From: an uncultured Clostridium sp.
Lineage (GTDB): Bacteria > Bacillota > Clostridia > TANB77 > CAG-508
Reading direction: 5' to 3'
DNA: 64,000 nucleotides
NCBI GenBank assembly: GCA_900552135.1
Contig: URYN01000003.1
Location: 24,594 to 88,593, forward strand
In this document: positions 32,340-44,569 of the stretch, one piece after another
Numbering within the stretch: the first letter of the stretch is position 1
Layout of the letters: each line of letters begins with the position of its first letter
Made by a program: the position numbers and the translations under genes
The notes under the pieces: generated by a model
Database searches by the model: none
Told to the model about the DNA's origin: nothing
The model's input: the letters and a program-made list of their open reading frames with translations, nothing else

Positions 32340-32429
32340 AAATGTTATATACTATATAAGCTATTATGGATATAATAGCTATATTGTATTTATAAAATAA
32401 AATACAAGCAGTAAAATGGAGGGAAAATA

Positions 32430-32648
32430 ATGTCAAAAGAGGATGTTATTGAAGTAGAAGGTACTGTTGTTGAAACATTACCAAATACAACATTTAAAGT
32501 AGAGTTAAAAAATGGTCATCAGATATTAGCTCATATCTCAGGAAAGTTAAGAATGAATTACATCAAAATTCTTCCTGGAGACAAAGTTAAAGTTGAATTA
32601 TCACCATACGATTTAAACAGAGGAAGAATAACTTGGAGAGCAAAGTAA
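32430..32648 (+). CDS. infA: Translation initiation factor IF-1
   Basis: [38 protein letters not shown]. Confidence 0.97.
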   Translation: MSKEDVIEVEGTVVETLPNTTFKVELKNGHQILAHISGKLRMNYIKILPGDKVKVELSPYDLNRGRITWRAK

Positions 32649-32699
32649 TATCTAATACTAATTATATAACAATATATATTCTAGGAGGTGCTAAAAATC

Positions 32700-32813
32700 A
32701 TGAAGGTAAGACCATCAGTAAAGAAAATATGTGACAAATGCAAAGTTATAAAAAGAAAAGGTGTTGTCAGAGTAATATGCGAAAACCCAAAGCATAAACA
32801 AAGACAAGGATAA
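32700..32813 (+). CDS. rpmJ: 50S ribosomal protein L36 (absent from the supplied ORF track)
   Basis: Read by hand. ATG at 32700 follows aggagg. Encodes [37 protein letters not shown], with stop at 32811-32813. Confidence 0.93.
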   Translation: MKVRPSVKKICDKCKVIKRKGVVRVICENPKHKQRQG

Positions 32814-33112
32814 TTGAAAAAATTAGATATTAACACAAATCTGTATAAGCGGCTGTTGAATATAGTTCTCTATATTTGATTAAAATTAGGTTTGTGTTTA
32901 TATATATGTTCTAATTAAAATTAAAGACTAGTTTAAAAAACTACAAATCAGAGATTGATTATAAAATACCTCTAAATTTATAATTGATTTGGAAATTTGA
33001 AAGAATTAAATTAGCACATTTCACCTTTAGTTTTAATTTGAATATAAAAAGAATTAATCTTAATTCTAAAATAGCAAAATTTAAATATTAAAAAACATTT
33101 GGAGGTGCAAAA

Positions 33113-33478
33113 ATGGCTCGTTTAGCAGGAGTTGATTTACCTAGAGAAAAAAGAGTAGAAATAGGACTTACATACATATATGGAATAGGACTATCTCGTT
33201 CTCAAGAAATATTAAAAAAAGCTGGTGTAAATCCAGATACTAGGGTAAAAGATTTAACAGATGAACAATTACAAGCAATAAGAAATGCAATGGAAGGTTA
33301 TACTCTAGAAGGTGACCTAAGAAGAGAAGTTGCTCTTAACATCAAAAGATTAACTGAAATCGGATGCTACAGAGGAACAAGACATAGAAGAGGTCTTCCA
33401 GTTAGAGGACAAAGAACAAAAACTAATGCTCGTACAAGAAAAGGACCAAGAAAATTAGTTAGCAAGAGCAAAAAATAA
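33113..33478 (+). CDS. rpsM: 30S ribosomal protein S13
   Basis: [26 protein letters not shown]. Confidence 0.97.
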   Translation: MARLAGVDLPREKRVEIGLTYIYGIGLSRSQEILKKAGVNPDTRVKDLTDEQLQAIRNAMEGYTLEGDLRREVALNIKRLTEIGCYRGTRHRRGLPVRGQRTKTNARTRKGPRKLVSKSKK

Positions 33479-33551
33479 TAAATAAAAAAGTAACACAAGT
33501 TACAAAATCATTTTAAAAAAAGAAAATCCAAAAGGAGGGAAATCTTTAAAA

Positions 33552-33953
33552 ATGGCTAATACAAAAAATACAGCAAAGAAACCAGTTAGAAGAAAAGACA
33601 GAAAAAACATAGAAAAAGGTATGGCACACATTCATTCTAGCTTTAATAATACAATAGTTACAATAACAGATACACAAGGAAATGTTTTATCATGGGCAAG
33701 TGCTGGAGAACTAGGATTCAAAGGTTCAAGAAAGAGCACACCATTCGCAGCAGGAGAAGCTGCTGAAACAGCTGCAAAAGCTGCTATGGAACATGGACTA
33801 AAAACTGTTGATGTATTTGTAAAAGGACCAGGTTCTGGTCGTGAATCTGCAATCAGATCATTACAAACAGCAGGTCTTGAAATAACATCAATCAAAGATG
33901 TTACACCAATACCTCACAACGGATGCAGACCACCAAAAAGAAGAAGAGTATAA
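33552..33953 (+). CDS. rpsK: 30S ribosomal protein S11
   Basis: [19 protein letters not shown]...[16 protein letters not shown]. Confidence 0.97.
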   Translation: MANTKNTAKKPVRRKDRKNIEKGMAHIHSSFNNTIVTITDTQGNVLSWASAGELGFKGSRKSTPFAAGEAAETAAKAAMEHGLKTVDVFVKGPGSGRESAIRSLQTAGLEITSIKDVTPIPHNGCRPPKRRRV

Positions 33954-34045
33954 TTTCTTCGTAAAAATAAATATAGAATTAAAGCATGAAAATGCTACAA
34001 TAACGAAATAAAAGTTACAAAATTTTAAGGAAGGTGAAATAAAAA

Positions 34046-34672
34046 ATGGCAAGATATAAAGACGAACAATGCCGTATTTGCCGTAGAGAAGGACAAAAAT
34101 TGTTCTTAAAAGGTTCAAGATGCTATTCAGACAAATGTAGCATAACAAGAAGAAATTATGCACCAGGACAAAATGGTCAAAAGAAAAGCAAAATTTCTGA
34201 ATACGGTACTCAATTAAGAGAAAAACAAAAAACAAAAGCTTTCTACGGAGTTGGAGAAAAACAATTCAGAAGATATTTTGATATGGCTTCAACAAGCAAG
34301 GGAAAAACAGGTGAAGTTTTACTTCAAATATTAGAGAGCAGATTAGATAATGTAGTATACAGATTAGGATTCGCAAGTTCAAGAGCACAAGCAAGAATGC
34401 TTGTAACACATGGAGCTTTTGAAGTAAACGGACAAAAAGTTGATATACCATCATACTTAGTAAAAGCAGGAGATACAGTTTCTGTAAGAGAAATTAGAAA
34501 AGATAATGGAGCAATAAAAATTGCTACAGAAGAAAATAGTGCAAGACCAGTTCCAGCTTGGTTACAAAAAGATAAAGAAAAACTAAGCGGAAAAGTTGTT
34601 ACACTAGCAACTAGAGAAGACATTGACCTACCTGTTGAGGAACATTTAATAGTAGAGCTTTACTCTAAATAA
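34046..34672 (+). CDS. rpsD: 30S ribosomal protein S4
   Basis: [29 protein letters not shown], with an S4 domain. Confidence 0.97.
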   Translation: MARYKDEQCRICRREGQKLFLKGSRCYSDKCSITRRNYAPGQNGQKKSKISEYGTQLREKQKTKAFYGVGEKQFRRYFDMASTSKGKTGEVLLQILESRLDNVVYRLGFASSRAQARMLVTHGAFEVNGQKVDIPSYLVKAGDTVSVREIRKDNGAIKIATEENSARPVPAWLQKDKEKLSGKVVTLATREDIDLPVEEHLIVELYSK

Positions 34673-34828
34673 TAACTAGAAGTTAATTAGAAATTAGTAG
34701 GCAGAGGAAAGAAAACTTACAGTAAAGTATATAAAAGGAGAAGTAGAGTATAAAGGTATAAGAATTAGAATAATGATCTAACTTCATGGCCTCTAACCTC
34801 TAACTTCTAAAAAAATTAGGAGGTAAAA

Positions 34829-35776
34829 ATGATAGAATTTGAAAAGCCAAATATTAAATGCTTAGAAATGGACAACAGTAAAAATTATGCCAAATTTACA
34901 TGTGAACCACTGGAGCGTGGTTATGGTATTACAATAGGAAACTCATTAAGAAGAATATTACTTTCTTCATTACCAGGAGCAGCAATAACATCTGTAAAGA
35001 TTGATGGAGCAGCTCATGAGTTCACAACAATACCAAATGTAGTTGAAGATGTACCAGAAATTATAGTAAACTTAAAAATGGTAAGAGTAAAAATTAATGG
35101 AGACGAAACAAAAACTCTAAGAATTAATTTTGAAGGAGAAGGAGAAGTTACTGCAGCAAATATCGAAACAGATGGAACTGTAGAAATCCTAAACCCAGAT
35201 TTACATATTGCTACAGTTGCTGAAGGTGGACATCTAACAATGGAAATGACTGCTAACCGTGGCAGAGGTTATAATAATGCTGAAAAGAATAAAACACCTG
35301 ATATGCCAATAGGAGTTATTCCAATTGATTCTATCTACACACCAGTAAAAAAGGTTAATTATACAGTAGAAAATACTAGAGTTGGCCAAATGGTTGATTT
35401 GGACAAATTAACAATAGAGTTATGGACTGATGGAAGCTTAAAACCTTATGAAGCATTAAGCTTAGCAGCTAAAATCATGACAGAACACTTAGAACTATTT
35501 ATAGATTTATCTGAAATCAGCAAAAATACACAAGTAATGGTTGAAAAAGAAGAATCTAAGAAAGAAAGAGTTCTAGAAACTTCAATAGAAGACTTAGAAT
35601 TATCTGCAAGATCATTCAACTGCTTAAAGAGAGCAGGAATATCTACTGTAGAAGATTTAACAAATAAGACAGAAGCTGAAATGATGAAAGTAAGAAATTT
35701 AGGTAAAAAATCATTAGATGAAGTAACTAACAAATTACATTCATTAGGTCTAGACTTCGCAAGCAATGATGATTAA
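34829..35776 (+). CDS. rpoA: DNA-directed RNA polymerase subunit alpha
   Basis: [25 protein letters not shown]. The C-terminal domain has [14 protein letters not shown]. Confidence 0.97.
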   Translation: MIEFEKPNIKCLEMDNSKNYAKFTCEPLERGYGITIGNSLRRILLSSLPGAAITSVKIDGAAHEFTTIPNVVEDVPEIIVNLKMVRVKINGDETKTLRINFEGEGEVTAANIETDGTVEILNPDLHIATVAEGGHLTMEMTANRGRGYNNAEKNKTPDMPIGVIPIDSIYTPVKKVNYTVENTRVGQMVDLDKLTIELWTDGSLKPYEALSLAAKIMTEHLELFIDLSEISKNTQVMVEKEESKKERVLETSIEDLELSARSFNCLKRAGISTVEDLTNKTEAEMMKVRNLGKKSLDEVTNKLHSLGLDFASNDD

Positions 35777-35791
35777 AGGAAGGTGAAAAAA

Positions 35792-36316
35792 GTGGCAACA
35801 AATAGAAAATTAGGAAGAACAACTGATATACGTTTATCAATGCTTAAGACTCAAGTTACAGATCTTTTATGGCATGGAAAAATAGAAACAACTTTAACAA
35901 GAGCTAAAGAAACAAAAGCAATAGCTGATTCATTAATAGCTCTAGCTGTAAAAGAAGCTGGAAACTTTGAAGAAGTAGAAGCAAAAGTTTCAAAAGCAAA
36001 AGTTGATGAAAAAGGTAACAAAGTTACTGAATTAGTAAAAAGCAAAAATGGCAGAGAATACTTAAAAGTAGTAAGAGAAACAACTACTGAAAAAAGAAAG
36101 AAAGACATGCCATCAAAACTTAATGCAAGAAGAAAAATCATGCAAAATGTTAACAAAGTAAAAGATGCAGACGGAAAGAATGTTGATATACCAACAAAAT
36201 TATTCGATGAATTAGCACCAAAATACAAAGATGTAAAAGGTGGATATACAAGAATAATAAGAAAAGGTCAACGTAGAGGAGACGCTGCAGAAACAGTTAT
36301 ATTAGAATTAATATAG
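35792..36316 (+). CDS. rplQ: 50S ribosomal protein L17 (with about 55-aa internal insertion)
   Basis: [12 protein letters not shown]..........IETT..RAKE and a C-terminal GGYTRI......RRGD. GTG at 35792 is 8 nt after aaggaagg. The ORF-track GTG at 35783 is also possible. Confidence 0.9.
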   Translation: MATNRKLGRTTDIRLSMLKTQVTDLLWHGKIETTLTRAKETKAIADSLIALAVKEAGNFEEVEAKVSKAKVDEKGNKVTELVKSKNGREYLKVVRETTTEKRKKDMPSKLNARRKIMQNVNKVKDADGKNVDIPTKLFDELAPKYKDVKGGYTRIIRKGQRRGDAAETVILELI

Positions 36317-36326
36317 TATAATATTG

Positions 36327-36356
36327 AAGGACAATGCTTTCTGCATTGTCCTTTTT
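36327..36356 (+). terminator. Intrinsic terminator ending the ribosomal cluster
   Basis: 11-bp stem aaggacaatgc / gcattgtcctt followed by a T-run. Confidence 0.7.
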
Positions 36357-36433
36357 GTCATTAATAAAATTCATGGTGTTTACACCAAAGGAAAAAATAA
36401 TAAAAAGATTAATGAGAACAGGAGCTTAGGCGG

Positions 36434-36769
36434 TTATGTCATAAGCTCCTTATATTCGTCATAAGTAAGAACCTTTACAAAATTGAAGTCTTTAGAAAAA
36501 GCTTTTAGAATGCCAAGAGTATTATCGGTGGAGTCTAAATCAACCACTAAAATTTCTGAAATATCTAAATTGTAGTATAACATTTTATAAATGAAAATTT
36601 TTAAAAAATATTCAATGGTATTTTCTTGATTATGTGTAGTTATTACAAAGAATGAGCCATCAAAAGAGATTTTGGGATATTTATGTAAGTGGATAATAGT
36701 TTTTAATATGTCAAACAATCCATATAATGCTAAGACCCATAATATTGAATTAAATATAAAATTAGCCAC
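36434..36769 (-). CDS. Small hypothetical membrane-anchored protein
   Basis: 111 aa with one N-terminal TM segment. No recognisable motifs. Confidence 0.4.
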   Translation of the reverse strand: MANFIFNSILWVLALYGLFDILKTIIHLHKYPKISFDGSFFVITTHNQENTIEYFLKIFIYKMLYYNLDISEILVVDLDSTDNTLGILKAFSKDFNFVKVLTYDEYKELMT

Positions 36770-37025
36770 TTTAAGAGCCTCCTTGAAATTGCAAATTTAT
36801 AAGAAAAGATTTTTTATATATTATATGTGAGAAACAATTAAAGTGTGAAAGGAATGTGATGTGAGATATGTCGTAAATAGTCGTACGAATGTTTGTATAA
36901 AATAAGCAAAAACTATTGCTTTTGAGTGAAAACAATAATATAATATAGCAATAAAATGATTGAAAGAAATGTATACTTATGATAATATAAAAAAGTTAAA
37001 ATAATAAGAAATAGAGGAATTAATT

Positions 37026-39299
37026 TTGCAGTTAGAAGGACAAGTAGTAAATATTATATATAGGAATGAAATAAATAGTTATACAGTAGCATCTTTTGAA
37101 ACAAACGAGAAGGAAGAAACTACTATTGTAGGCTATTTACCATTTGTAAATGAAGGAGATAACTTAAAAATAACAGGTGACGTAGTAAAACACCCTGATT
37201 ATGGTGAACAATTCAAAATTGTAACTTTTGAAAAGATGATGCCAACTACAAAAGAAGCATTAGAGAGATATTTGTCAAATGGAACATTTAAAGGAATTGG
37301 ACCTGCTACGGCAAAGAAAATTGTAAATACATTTGGTGATGATACTATTAATGTTATAAAACTCGAGCCACAAAAGTTGATTCAGATTAAGGGAATAACT
37401 AAAGAAAAGGCTCTTGAAATCGCAGAGCAATTTTTAGCAAATTGGGAAATATGGCAGATTGTAGGCTTTTTAGATAAGTTTGGAATTGGTCCTCAGAGTG
37501 CAGAGGGAGTATACAAAAAATTAGGAGAAGGTGCCTTAGAAAAAATAAGTGAAAATCCATACATTCTAATAGATGTAGCAAGCAAGGTTAGCTTTGAAAA
37601 GGTAGATAAAATAGCACTTGAGATGGGAGCACAACCTGATAATTATAAAAGAATTAGAAGTGGTATAAAGTATGGACTAGAAAGAATAGGCTTAAATGGA
37701 AATTCAAGTGTACTCTATGAGAATTTAATAAAATATGAAATTGATTTATTGAAGGTTGATGAAAATTCCATAGAAGAAGCAATTATAAATATGAAAGCAA
37801 AGGGAGAAATAGTAATAGAAGAAAGACCGATTTCTGATAATCCAACAAAAGTAATAGAATGGGTTTATTCAAAAGCTTTTTATGATGCGGAAAAAAATAT
37901 TGCAGAGAAGTTGATTACATTAAGAGACTTCGATAACATGAAATACATAAAAACATTAAAAAAAGATTTAAAATTAATTGAGGATGATATTGATATAGAA
38001 TTATCAAATATGCAAAAAGAAGCGGTGGAAAGTATAAACGAAAATAATGTATGTGTAATAACTGGTGGACCTGGTACAGGAAAAACTACAATTATAAAGG
38101 CAATTATAGAATTGTATAAAAAGCATGGAATGAAGCCTGTGCTATGTGCTCCTACAGGAAGAGCCGCAAAACGTATGACAGAAACAACGGGTGAAGATGC
38201 AAAAACCTTACATAGACTTCTTGAACTTTCAGGAATATCTGATGATGTAGACAATTTCAATACAGAACTACTTGTAACTCCTATTGATGGGGATATTATA
38301 ATAGTTGATGAAGCATCAATGCTTGATATGTTTTTAATGAATTATCTATTAAAAGCAATATACAAGGGCACGAAACTTGTATTAGTAGGAGATATAGACC
38401 AGCTACCATCAGTTGGTCCAGGAAGTGTTTTAAAGGATATTATTGAATCAAAACAAATTACTACGATTACATTAAATCAGATTTTTAGACAAGCAGCAAA
38501 AAGTAAAATAATCGTGAATGCACATAGAGTAAATGAGGGAGAAAGTTTCATAGGAGGCAATGTAAAACAAACTACAATAGATGACCAGAATATAGATTTA
38601 TTAGATGATTTCTTCTATATAAATGAATCTGACCAAGAGAAGATACAAAAAACAATAATAAGCTTATGTAAAGGCAGGTTACAGAAGTTTGGAAATTTTG
38701 ATTTCTTCAATAATATACAGGTAATTACACCTACCAAAAAAGGAAAACTTGGAACCAAAGAATTAAATGTATTGCTACAAAATGAATTGAATCCAGAAGA
38801 TAGTGAGAAACATGAAAGAACTTTTGGAGAGATAAAATTTAGAGAGCAAGACAGAGTAATGCAGACAAAAAATAATTATAATATAATGTGGCAAAAAGAC
38901 AATGATAGAGAGTTTAAAAAAGAACTTGGAAACGGTATTTTTAATGGAGAACTTGGAAGAATTGAACGAATTAATAAAGAAGAGAAGACTGTAACTGTCA
39001 GATTTGATGACGGAAAATATGCAATGTATGAAAATACAGATTTGGACCAACTTGAACATGCATACAGCATTACTGTTCATAAATCTCAAGGAAGCGAATT
39101 TGATGTAGTAATTTTAATTGCTGCACAAACGGCTCCAATGTTACTTACAAGGAATTTAATTTATACAGCAATGACGAGAGCAAAGAAATTGCTAATTATA
39201 ATTGGACCACAGAGCACAGTTAATTACATGATACAAAATAACACAACAAGACAAAGAAACACAGGTTTGAAATTTAAATTAGAAAAGATTGGAGAATAG
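37026..39299 (+). CDS. recD2: RecD2-type (RecD/TraA family) ATP-dependent DNA helicase
   Basis: ITGGPGTGKTT, IIVDEASMLD, LVGDIDQLPSVGPG and ITVHKSQGSEFDVV motifs. The N-terminal HhH region contains GIGP. Confidence 0.9.
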   Translation: MQLEGQVVNIIYRNEINSYTVASFETNEKEETTIVGYLPFVNEGDNLKITGDVVKHPDYGEQFKIVTFEKMMPTTKEALERYLSNGTFKGIGPATAKKIVNTFGDDTINVIKLEPQKLIQIKGITKEKALEIAEQFLANWEIWQIVGFLDKFGIGPQSAEGVYKKLGEGALEKISENPYILIDVASKVSFEKVDKIALEMGAQPDNYKRIRSGIKYGLERIGLNGNSSVLYENLIKYEIDLLKVDENSIEEAIINMKAKGEIVIEERPISDNPTKVIEWVYSKAFYDAEKNIAEKLITLRDFDNMKYIKTLKKDLKLIEDDIDIELSNMQKEAVESINENNVCVITGGPGTGKTTIIKAIIELYKKHGMKPVLCAPTGRAAKRMTETTGEDAKTLHRLLELSGISDDVDNFNTELLVTPIDGDIIIVDEASMLDMFLMNYLLKAIYKGTKLVLVGDIDQLPSVGPGSVLKDIIESKQITTITLNQIFRQAAKSKIIVNAHRVNEGESFIGGNVKQTTIDDQNIDLLDDFFYINESDQEKIQKTIISLCKGRLQKFGNFDFFNNIQVITPTKKGKLGTKELNVLLQNELNPEDSEKHERTFGEIKFREQDRVMQTKNNYNIMWQKDNDREFKKELGNGIFNGELGRIERINKEEKTVTVRFDDGKYAMYENTDLDQLEHAYSITVHKSQGSEFDVVILIAAQTAPMLLTRNLIYTAMTRAKKLLIIIGPQSTVNYMIQNNTTRQRNTGLKFKLEKIGE

Positions 39300-39301
39300 A
39301 A

Positions 39302-40030
39302 ATAAGATACATAGATATTTATAATATTGTTGAATATATAATTGAATTAATTTATCCACCAAAGTGTGTATTTTGTGGAAAATTCAACCAAGAATATCTA
39401 TGCAAAAATTGCCGAAAAGCCTTGCAACAAGTCGAAAAAATGCATATAGATTATTATAAAAATAAAGAAATATTTTTCGACGAACATATTTATATGTTTA
39501 AATATAAGAATATAAGAAAGAATATACTGGATTATAAATTTAATGATAAATCATATTATTATAAGGCTTTTGTGAACATTTTGTTAAAAGACAAAAAAAT
39601 GTGTGAAATTTTAAAATCTTATGATATAATAGTTCCAGTTCCAATACATAATAAAAGAAGAATGGAAAGAGGATACAATCAAACAGAATTAATAGCCAAG
39701 GAATTATCAAGAAAAATAACCTATTATACTAATACTATGGAAAAAACAAAACAAGAAATATTAAAATATGAAAATATTCTGATAAAGAAAAATAATACCA
39801 AGCCTCAGAGTTCATTAAATAAAATACAAAGAGCTGAAAATGCTAAAAATGTTTATAAACTTAGAAAAAACAAAAGAATGATATTGGAATATGAAAAAAT
39901 TAAAAATAAAAATATACTTATTTTTGATGATATTTATACAACTGGTGCAACGGCGAATGAATGTGCAAAAGTAATAAACGAAGAACTGGCACCAAATAAA
40001 ATCGGAATATTAACTATGGCAAAAGATTAA
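39302..40030 (+). CDS. comFC: ComF family (ComFC-like phosphoribosyltransferase-fold) protein; start codon uncertain
   Basis: The PRTase motif ILIFDDIYTTGAT is present. The expected N-terminal zinc finger (PPKCVFCGK...LCKNCRK) is encoded in frame upstream of the listed TTG (39422), but that stretch has no ATG/GTG/TTG. A GGAG lies 6-7 nt before ATA at 39302. Confidence 0.6.
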   Translation: MRYIDIYNIVEYIIELIYPPKCVFCGKFNQEYLCKNCRKALQQVEKMHIDYYKNKEIFFDEHIYMFKYKNIRKNILDYKFNDKSYYYKAFVNILLKDKKMCEILKSYDIIVPVPIHNKRRMERGYNQTELIAKELSRKITYYTNTMEKTKQEILKYENILIKKNNTKPQSSLNKIQRAENAKNVYKLRKNKRMILEYEKIKNKNILIFDDIYTTGATANECAKVINEELAPNKIGILTMAKD

Positions 40031-40061
40031 CAGAAGAATATAAATTTATAAGGAGGAATTT

Positions 40062-42005
40062 ATGGAAGACTTAGTAGAGAGCATTTTGGACTATATTAGA
40101 TCTGATTATACGGATTACGCTATTATGATTAATGGTGAGTGGGGAAGCGGAAAAACTTATTTTTGGAATCATAAAATAAGAAATAAGATTGAGGCAATGC
40201 AGGTAAACGGAAAGAAATACACTACTATCTATATGTCGCTTTATGGAATATCTAACCTAGAAGAAATAAGTAAAAAAATCTTTATCGAAACTACTCAACT
40301 TATGGATAAGAACTTGAAAAAATTCATGGGCTCCAAAGGAGAAAAGGTAATACCAGAATATGCAAAAACAGGACTTGATATGGCTAACTTTTTTGGTGTT
40401 ACACAAAATGGAGACAAAATAGACTATGAGGAATTCTTCTCAACAGACGACAAAGTACTTTGCTTCGATGACCTTGAGAGAGCTAATGTAGATGTTATAG
40501 ATATATTAGGATATATAAATAACTTCGTAGAACATGATCATATAAAAACAATAATTATATGTAACGAAAAAGAATTGTCTACAAAATTAAAAAGCAGTAA
40601 TTTGGAAATGAAAACATTTATTGCTACCTACTTGTTAGATAAACAAAACAAACTTAATATAAAAACAGATGAACCAATGGTTGAAAGGATTCAAGATACA
40701 ATTGAATATGTATTTGATAAGGCAAATGATTACGAAAGAATCAAGGAAAAACTTATTGGAGAAACTTTTGAATATGCACCAGAATTCACTTATATAATTA
40801 ATGGCTTATTAATGAGATATGAAAGATATCCAGAATTAATTAGATTTTTAAGAGAAAATTCATATTTAATTACTACAACATTTAACAAGAGTGGAACAAG
40901 AAATTTAAGAATTTTGAAGCATGCATTAAATGACTTTAAGAAAATATTTGATATGGTAAATCAGGATTATCCGAACACAAATAATAGAATATTGCAGACA
41001 ATGCTTATATTTACAATAGCTATATCTTTTGAAATTAAGGCTGGAAAAGTTACAAAAGATAAGTTTAAAAATATTATGAACAACGAAGAATATAGAGCAA
41101 TATTGGTTTCTTCAAGAGTATTTATGGATAACAGACAATTCTACATTAAAGAATTTGATAATACTTACTATTATAATTTTAAAGTTGAATATAGGTTCTT
41201 TAAATTTATAGAGATGTATGTGCGTACAAGAATATTTGACATGAAAGTATTTAAAGAGAACATGGAGGTTATAAGAAATACTGTAGATACAGACAAGCTT
41301 CCAGGATACAAGAGACTGCTTACAGAAGAATATTGGAAAATATCAGATGATCAATTCCCAACTGTAATAAATGGAGTAATTGAAGACGTAAAAAGTGGTA
41401 GGATAGAACCAATAAATATTGTAAAACTTTTTGCATATTTCAGCCATTTTATTGAGAATAATTTAATAGATTATGATATTCAAACAATCGAAAGTGTTTT
41501 CTTAATGGGAATGAATATTGCTTCAGTTTCGGCTTCATATTGCGATGATGCAGAAGAAGAACTATCTCAAATTGCAACAGAAGATGCTGGAAGCGAAATG
41601 AATAATATAATTGCAAGATTTAATGAGTTAAATGCTCAATTAAAAGATAAAATGTACAAAGAAAAAGCAGATGAGTTATTCAAGTGTATACCAATGAAAA
41701 TGGAATTGTTCTATGATAAGTTTGCGAAGGAATGTAATAATGTTCCAATATTTAAATATTATGATCCATTCCAACTATTCCAAAGAATATCTTGTGCAAG
41801 CAATGAAGATATAGTATCAATCAGAGAAATGTTGTCTGAAAGAGCTAAAAAGTATAAAAATGAGATTGAACCTGAAATGAAGAATATTGCTAAACTAAAA
41901 CAAATTATGATGGATTATATCGATGGAAAACACCCAACAATAAAAACATTTATGATAGAAGAGTTTGCTAAAGAACTTGAAAAAATACTTGAAAACTACC
42001 AATAA
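40062..42005 (+). CDS. KAP-family-like P-loop NTPase
   Basis: Walker A is GEWGSGKT. Walker B is VLCFDDLER, matching the KAP hhhhDDLDR form. A long alpha-helical C-terminal region follows. No TM insertions seen. Confidence 0.6.
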   Translation: MEDLVESILDYIRSDYTDYAIMINGEWGSGKTYFWNHKIRNKIEAMQVNGKKYTTIYMSLYGISNLEEISKKIFIETTQLMDKNLKKFMGSKGEKVIPEYAKTGLDMANFFGVTQNGDKIDYEEFFSTDDKVLCFDDLERANVDVIDILGYINNFVEHDHIKTIIICNEKELSTKLKSSNLEMKTFIATYLLDKQNKLNIKTDEPMVERIQDTIEYVFDKANDYERIKEKLIGETFEYAPEFTYIINGLLMRYERYPELIRFLRENSYLITTTFNKSGTRNLRILKHALNDFKKIFDMVNQDYPNTNNRILQTMLIFTIAISFEIKAGKVTKDKFKNIMNNEEYRAILVSSRVFMDNRQFYIKEFDNTYYYNFKVEYRFFKFIEMYVRTRIFDMKVFKENMEVIRNTVDTDKLPGYKRLLTEEYWKISDDQFPTVINGVIEDVKSGRIEPINIVKLFAYFSHFIENNLIDYDIQTIESVFLMGMNIASVSASYCDDAEEELSQIATEDAGSEMNNIIARFNELNAQLKDKMYKEKADELFKCIPMKMELFYDKFAKECNNVPIFKYYDPFQLFQRISCASNEDIVSIREMLSERAKKYKNEIEPEMKNIAKLKQIMMDYIDGKHPTIKTFMIEEFAKELEKILENYQ

Positions 42006-42103
42006 GAACCTACAAAATAAAATTATAAAAATGAATAATTTCTTCCTTATTTGTAATAATAAGAATATAAAATAAAGATTTATTATAAATGAGGAGGAAC
42101 AAA

Positions 42104-42658
42104 ATGAAAGCAACTGGTGTTGTTAGAAGAATAGATGACTTAGGCAGAGTTGTTATTCCAAAAGAGATAAGAAGAACGCTTAGAATTAAAGAGGGAGACC
42201 CACTTGAAATTTTTACAGATAAGGAAGGAGAAATAATTTTGAAAAAATATTCTCCTATTGGGGAACTTTCTGAATTTGCATCAGAATATGCTGAAACATT
42301 AACAAAAACAACAGGACACATTGCCTGTATAACTGATAAAGATACAGTAATAGCTGTCTCTGGAGCTTCAAAAAAAGAGTGGCTGGAACAAAATATAAGT
42401 AGAGAACTAGAAAGAATTCTTGAAGATAAGGAAAATTATATAAGTAAGGAAAATAACGATATGGCAGTTCCAATTACTCAAAATGAGACAAGAGATAAGA
42501 TAAATAAAGCACAGGTTATATATCCAATAATATCTGACGGAGATGCAATAGGGAGTGTTATACTTCTATCCAAGGATGAAAAAACTAAAATGAGCGAAGT
42601 TGAACAAAAAGTTGCACAATCTGCCGCAAATTTTCTAGGGAAACAAATGGAAATATAA
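42104..42658 (+). CDS. spoVT: Stage V sporulation protein T (AbrB-type N-terminal domain plus GAF-like domain)
   Basis: MKATGVVRRIDDLGRVVIPKEIRRTLRIKEGDPLEIF. Confidence 0.88.
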   Translation: MKATGVVRRIDDLGRVVIPKEIRRTLRIKEGDPLEIFTDKEGEIILKKYSPIGELSEFASEYAETLTKTTGHIACITDKDTVIAVSGASKKEWLEQNISRELERILEDKENYISKENNDMAVPITQNETRDKINKAQVIYPIISDGDAIGSVILLSKDEKTKMSEVEQKVAQSAANFLGKQMEI

Positions 42659-42764
42659 AAATAATGGCACAAAATAATAAATTTTTTCAAAAAGTACTTG
42701 ATAAAAAAATTTTTTTATAGTATAAATATATAAGAGTATGATACTTACAAAGGAGGAAATGAAA

Positions 42765-43016
42765 ATGGAAGGACCAATAAATGAAAATGCATTTACAGAA
42801 AATGTTGGAACAAATGAAATAAAAAATCAATTTGATGCATCTGTACCAAGCAAAATAAGCACTTGGACAAAAATTAAAAACTTCTTATTCCAAGACATAA
42901 CAGTTGAACTTACACCAAGACAAGAAGCTACATTTAAAGCAATAAATGATTTTTGGCATCAAGAAATTGATGAAACACAAGCAAAGAGTTTTTTGTTCCA
43001 AAAAATACAATTTTAA
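42765..43016 (+). CDS. Small hypothetical protein
   Basis: An aggagg RBS lies 8 nt before ATG at 42765. No recognisable motif. Confidence 0.4.
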   Translation: MEGPINENAFTENVGTNEIKNQFDASVPSKISTWTKIKNFLFQDITVELTPRQEATFKAINDFWHQEIDETQAKSFLFQKIQF

Positions 43017-43144
43017 TTAGAAAAATTTATTTATACTAGGGAAATTAGATATATAAATATTATTAATTTATAATCTAAAGACTCTAGTTTTTTTATTTTA
43101 ATAATAAAACTACTTGAAAACTGTATATTTTTGTTATAGAATAA

Positions 43145-44212
<1,068 letters not shown>

Positions 44213-44569
44213 TTAGAGTTATAGCAATATATAATTTATTGCAAGCCAGATGATTATTTTGAATTAGCTAAAAATCTAATAGAAGTATAAAATATTTTTA
44301 TAAAGTTCTTGTGGGGCTTGAGAATATCAAGCCCCAGAGAATTAATTATAAAACAGTATGAGAAATTTTAAGGCGATGTGAGAAAGAAATTAAATTATAA
44401 AATATTACGAGCAACCTAATAGAATCAAATGCAAATAACACGGAAATCAAACTAAAAGTTAGATATTAGAGAACTATAGTATAAATATAGTTTTGCAATA
44501 TCTATCTTAAAAGTTAAGCTAGATAAACCAAGCAATAAAACAATTAAAAAATCTGAAGGAGGTTTTTGT

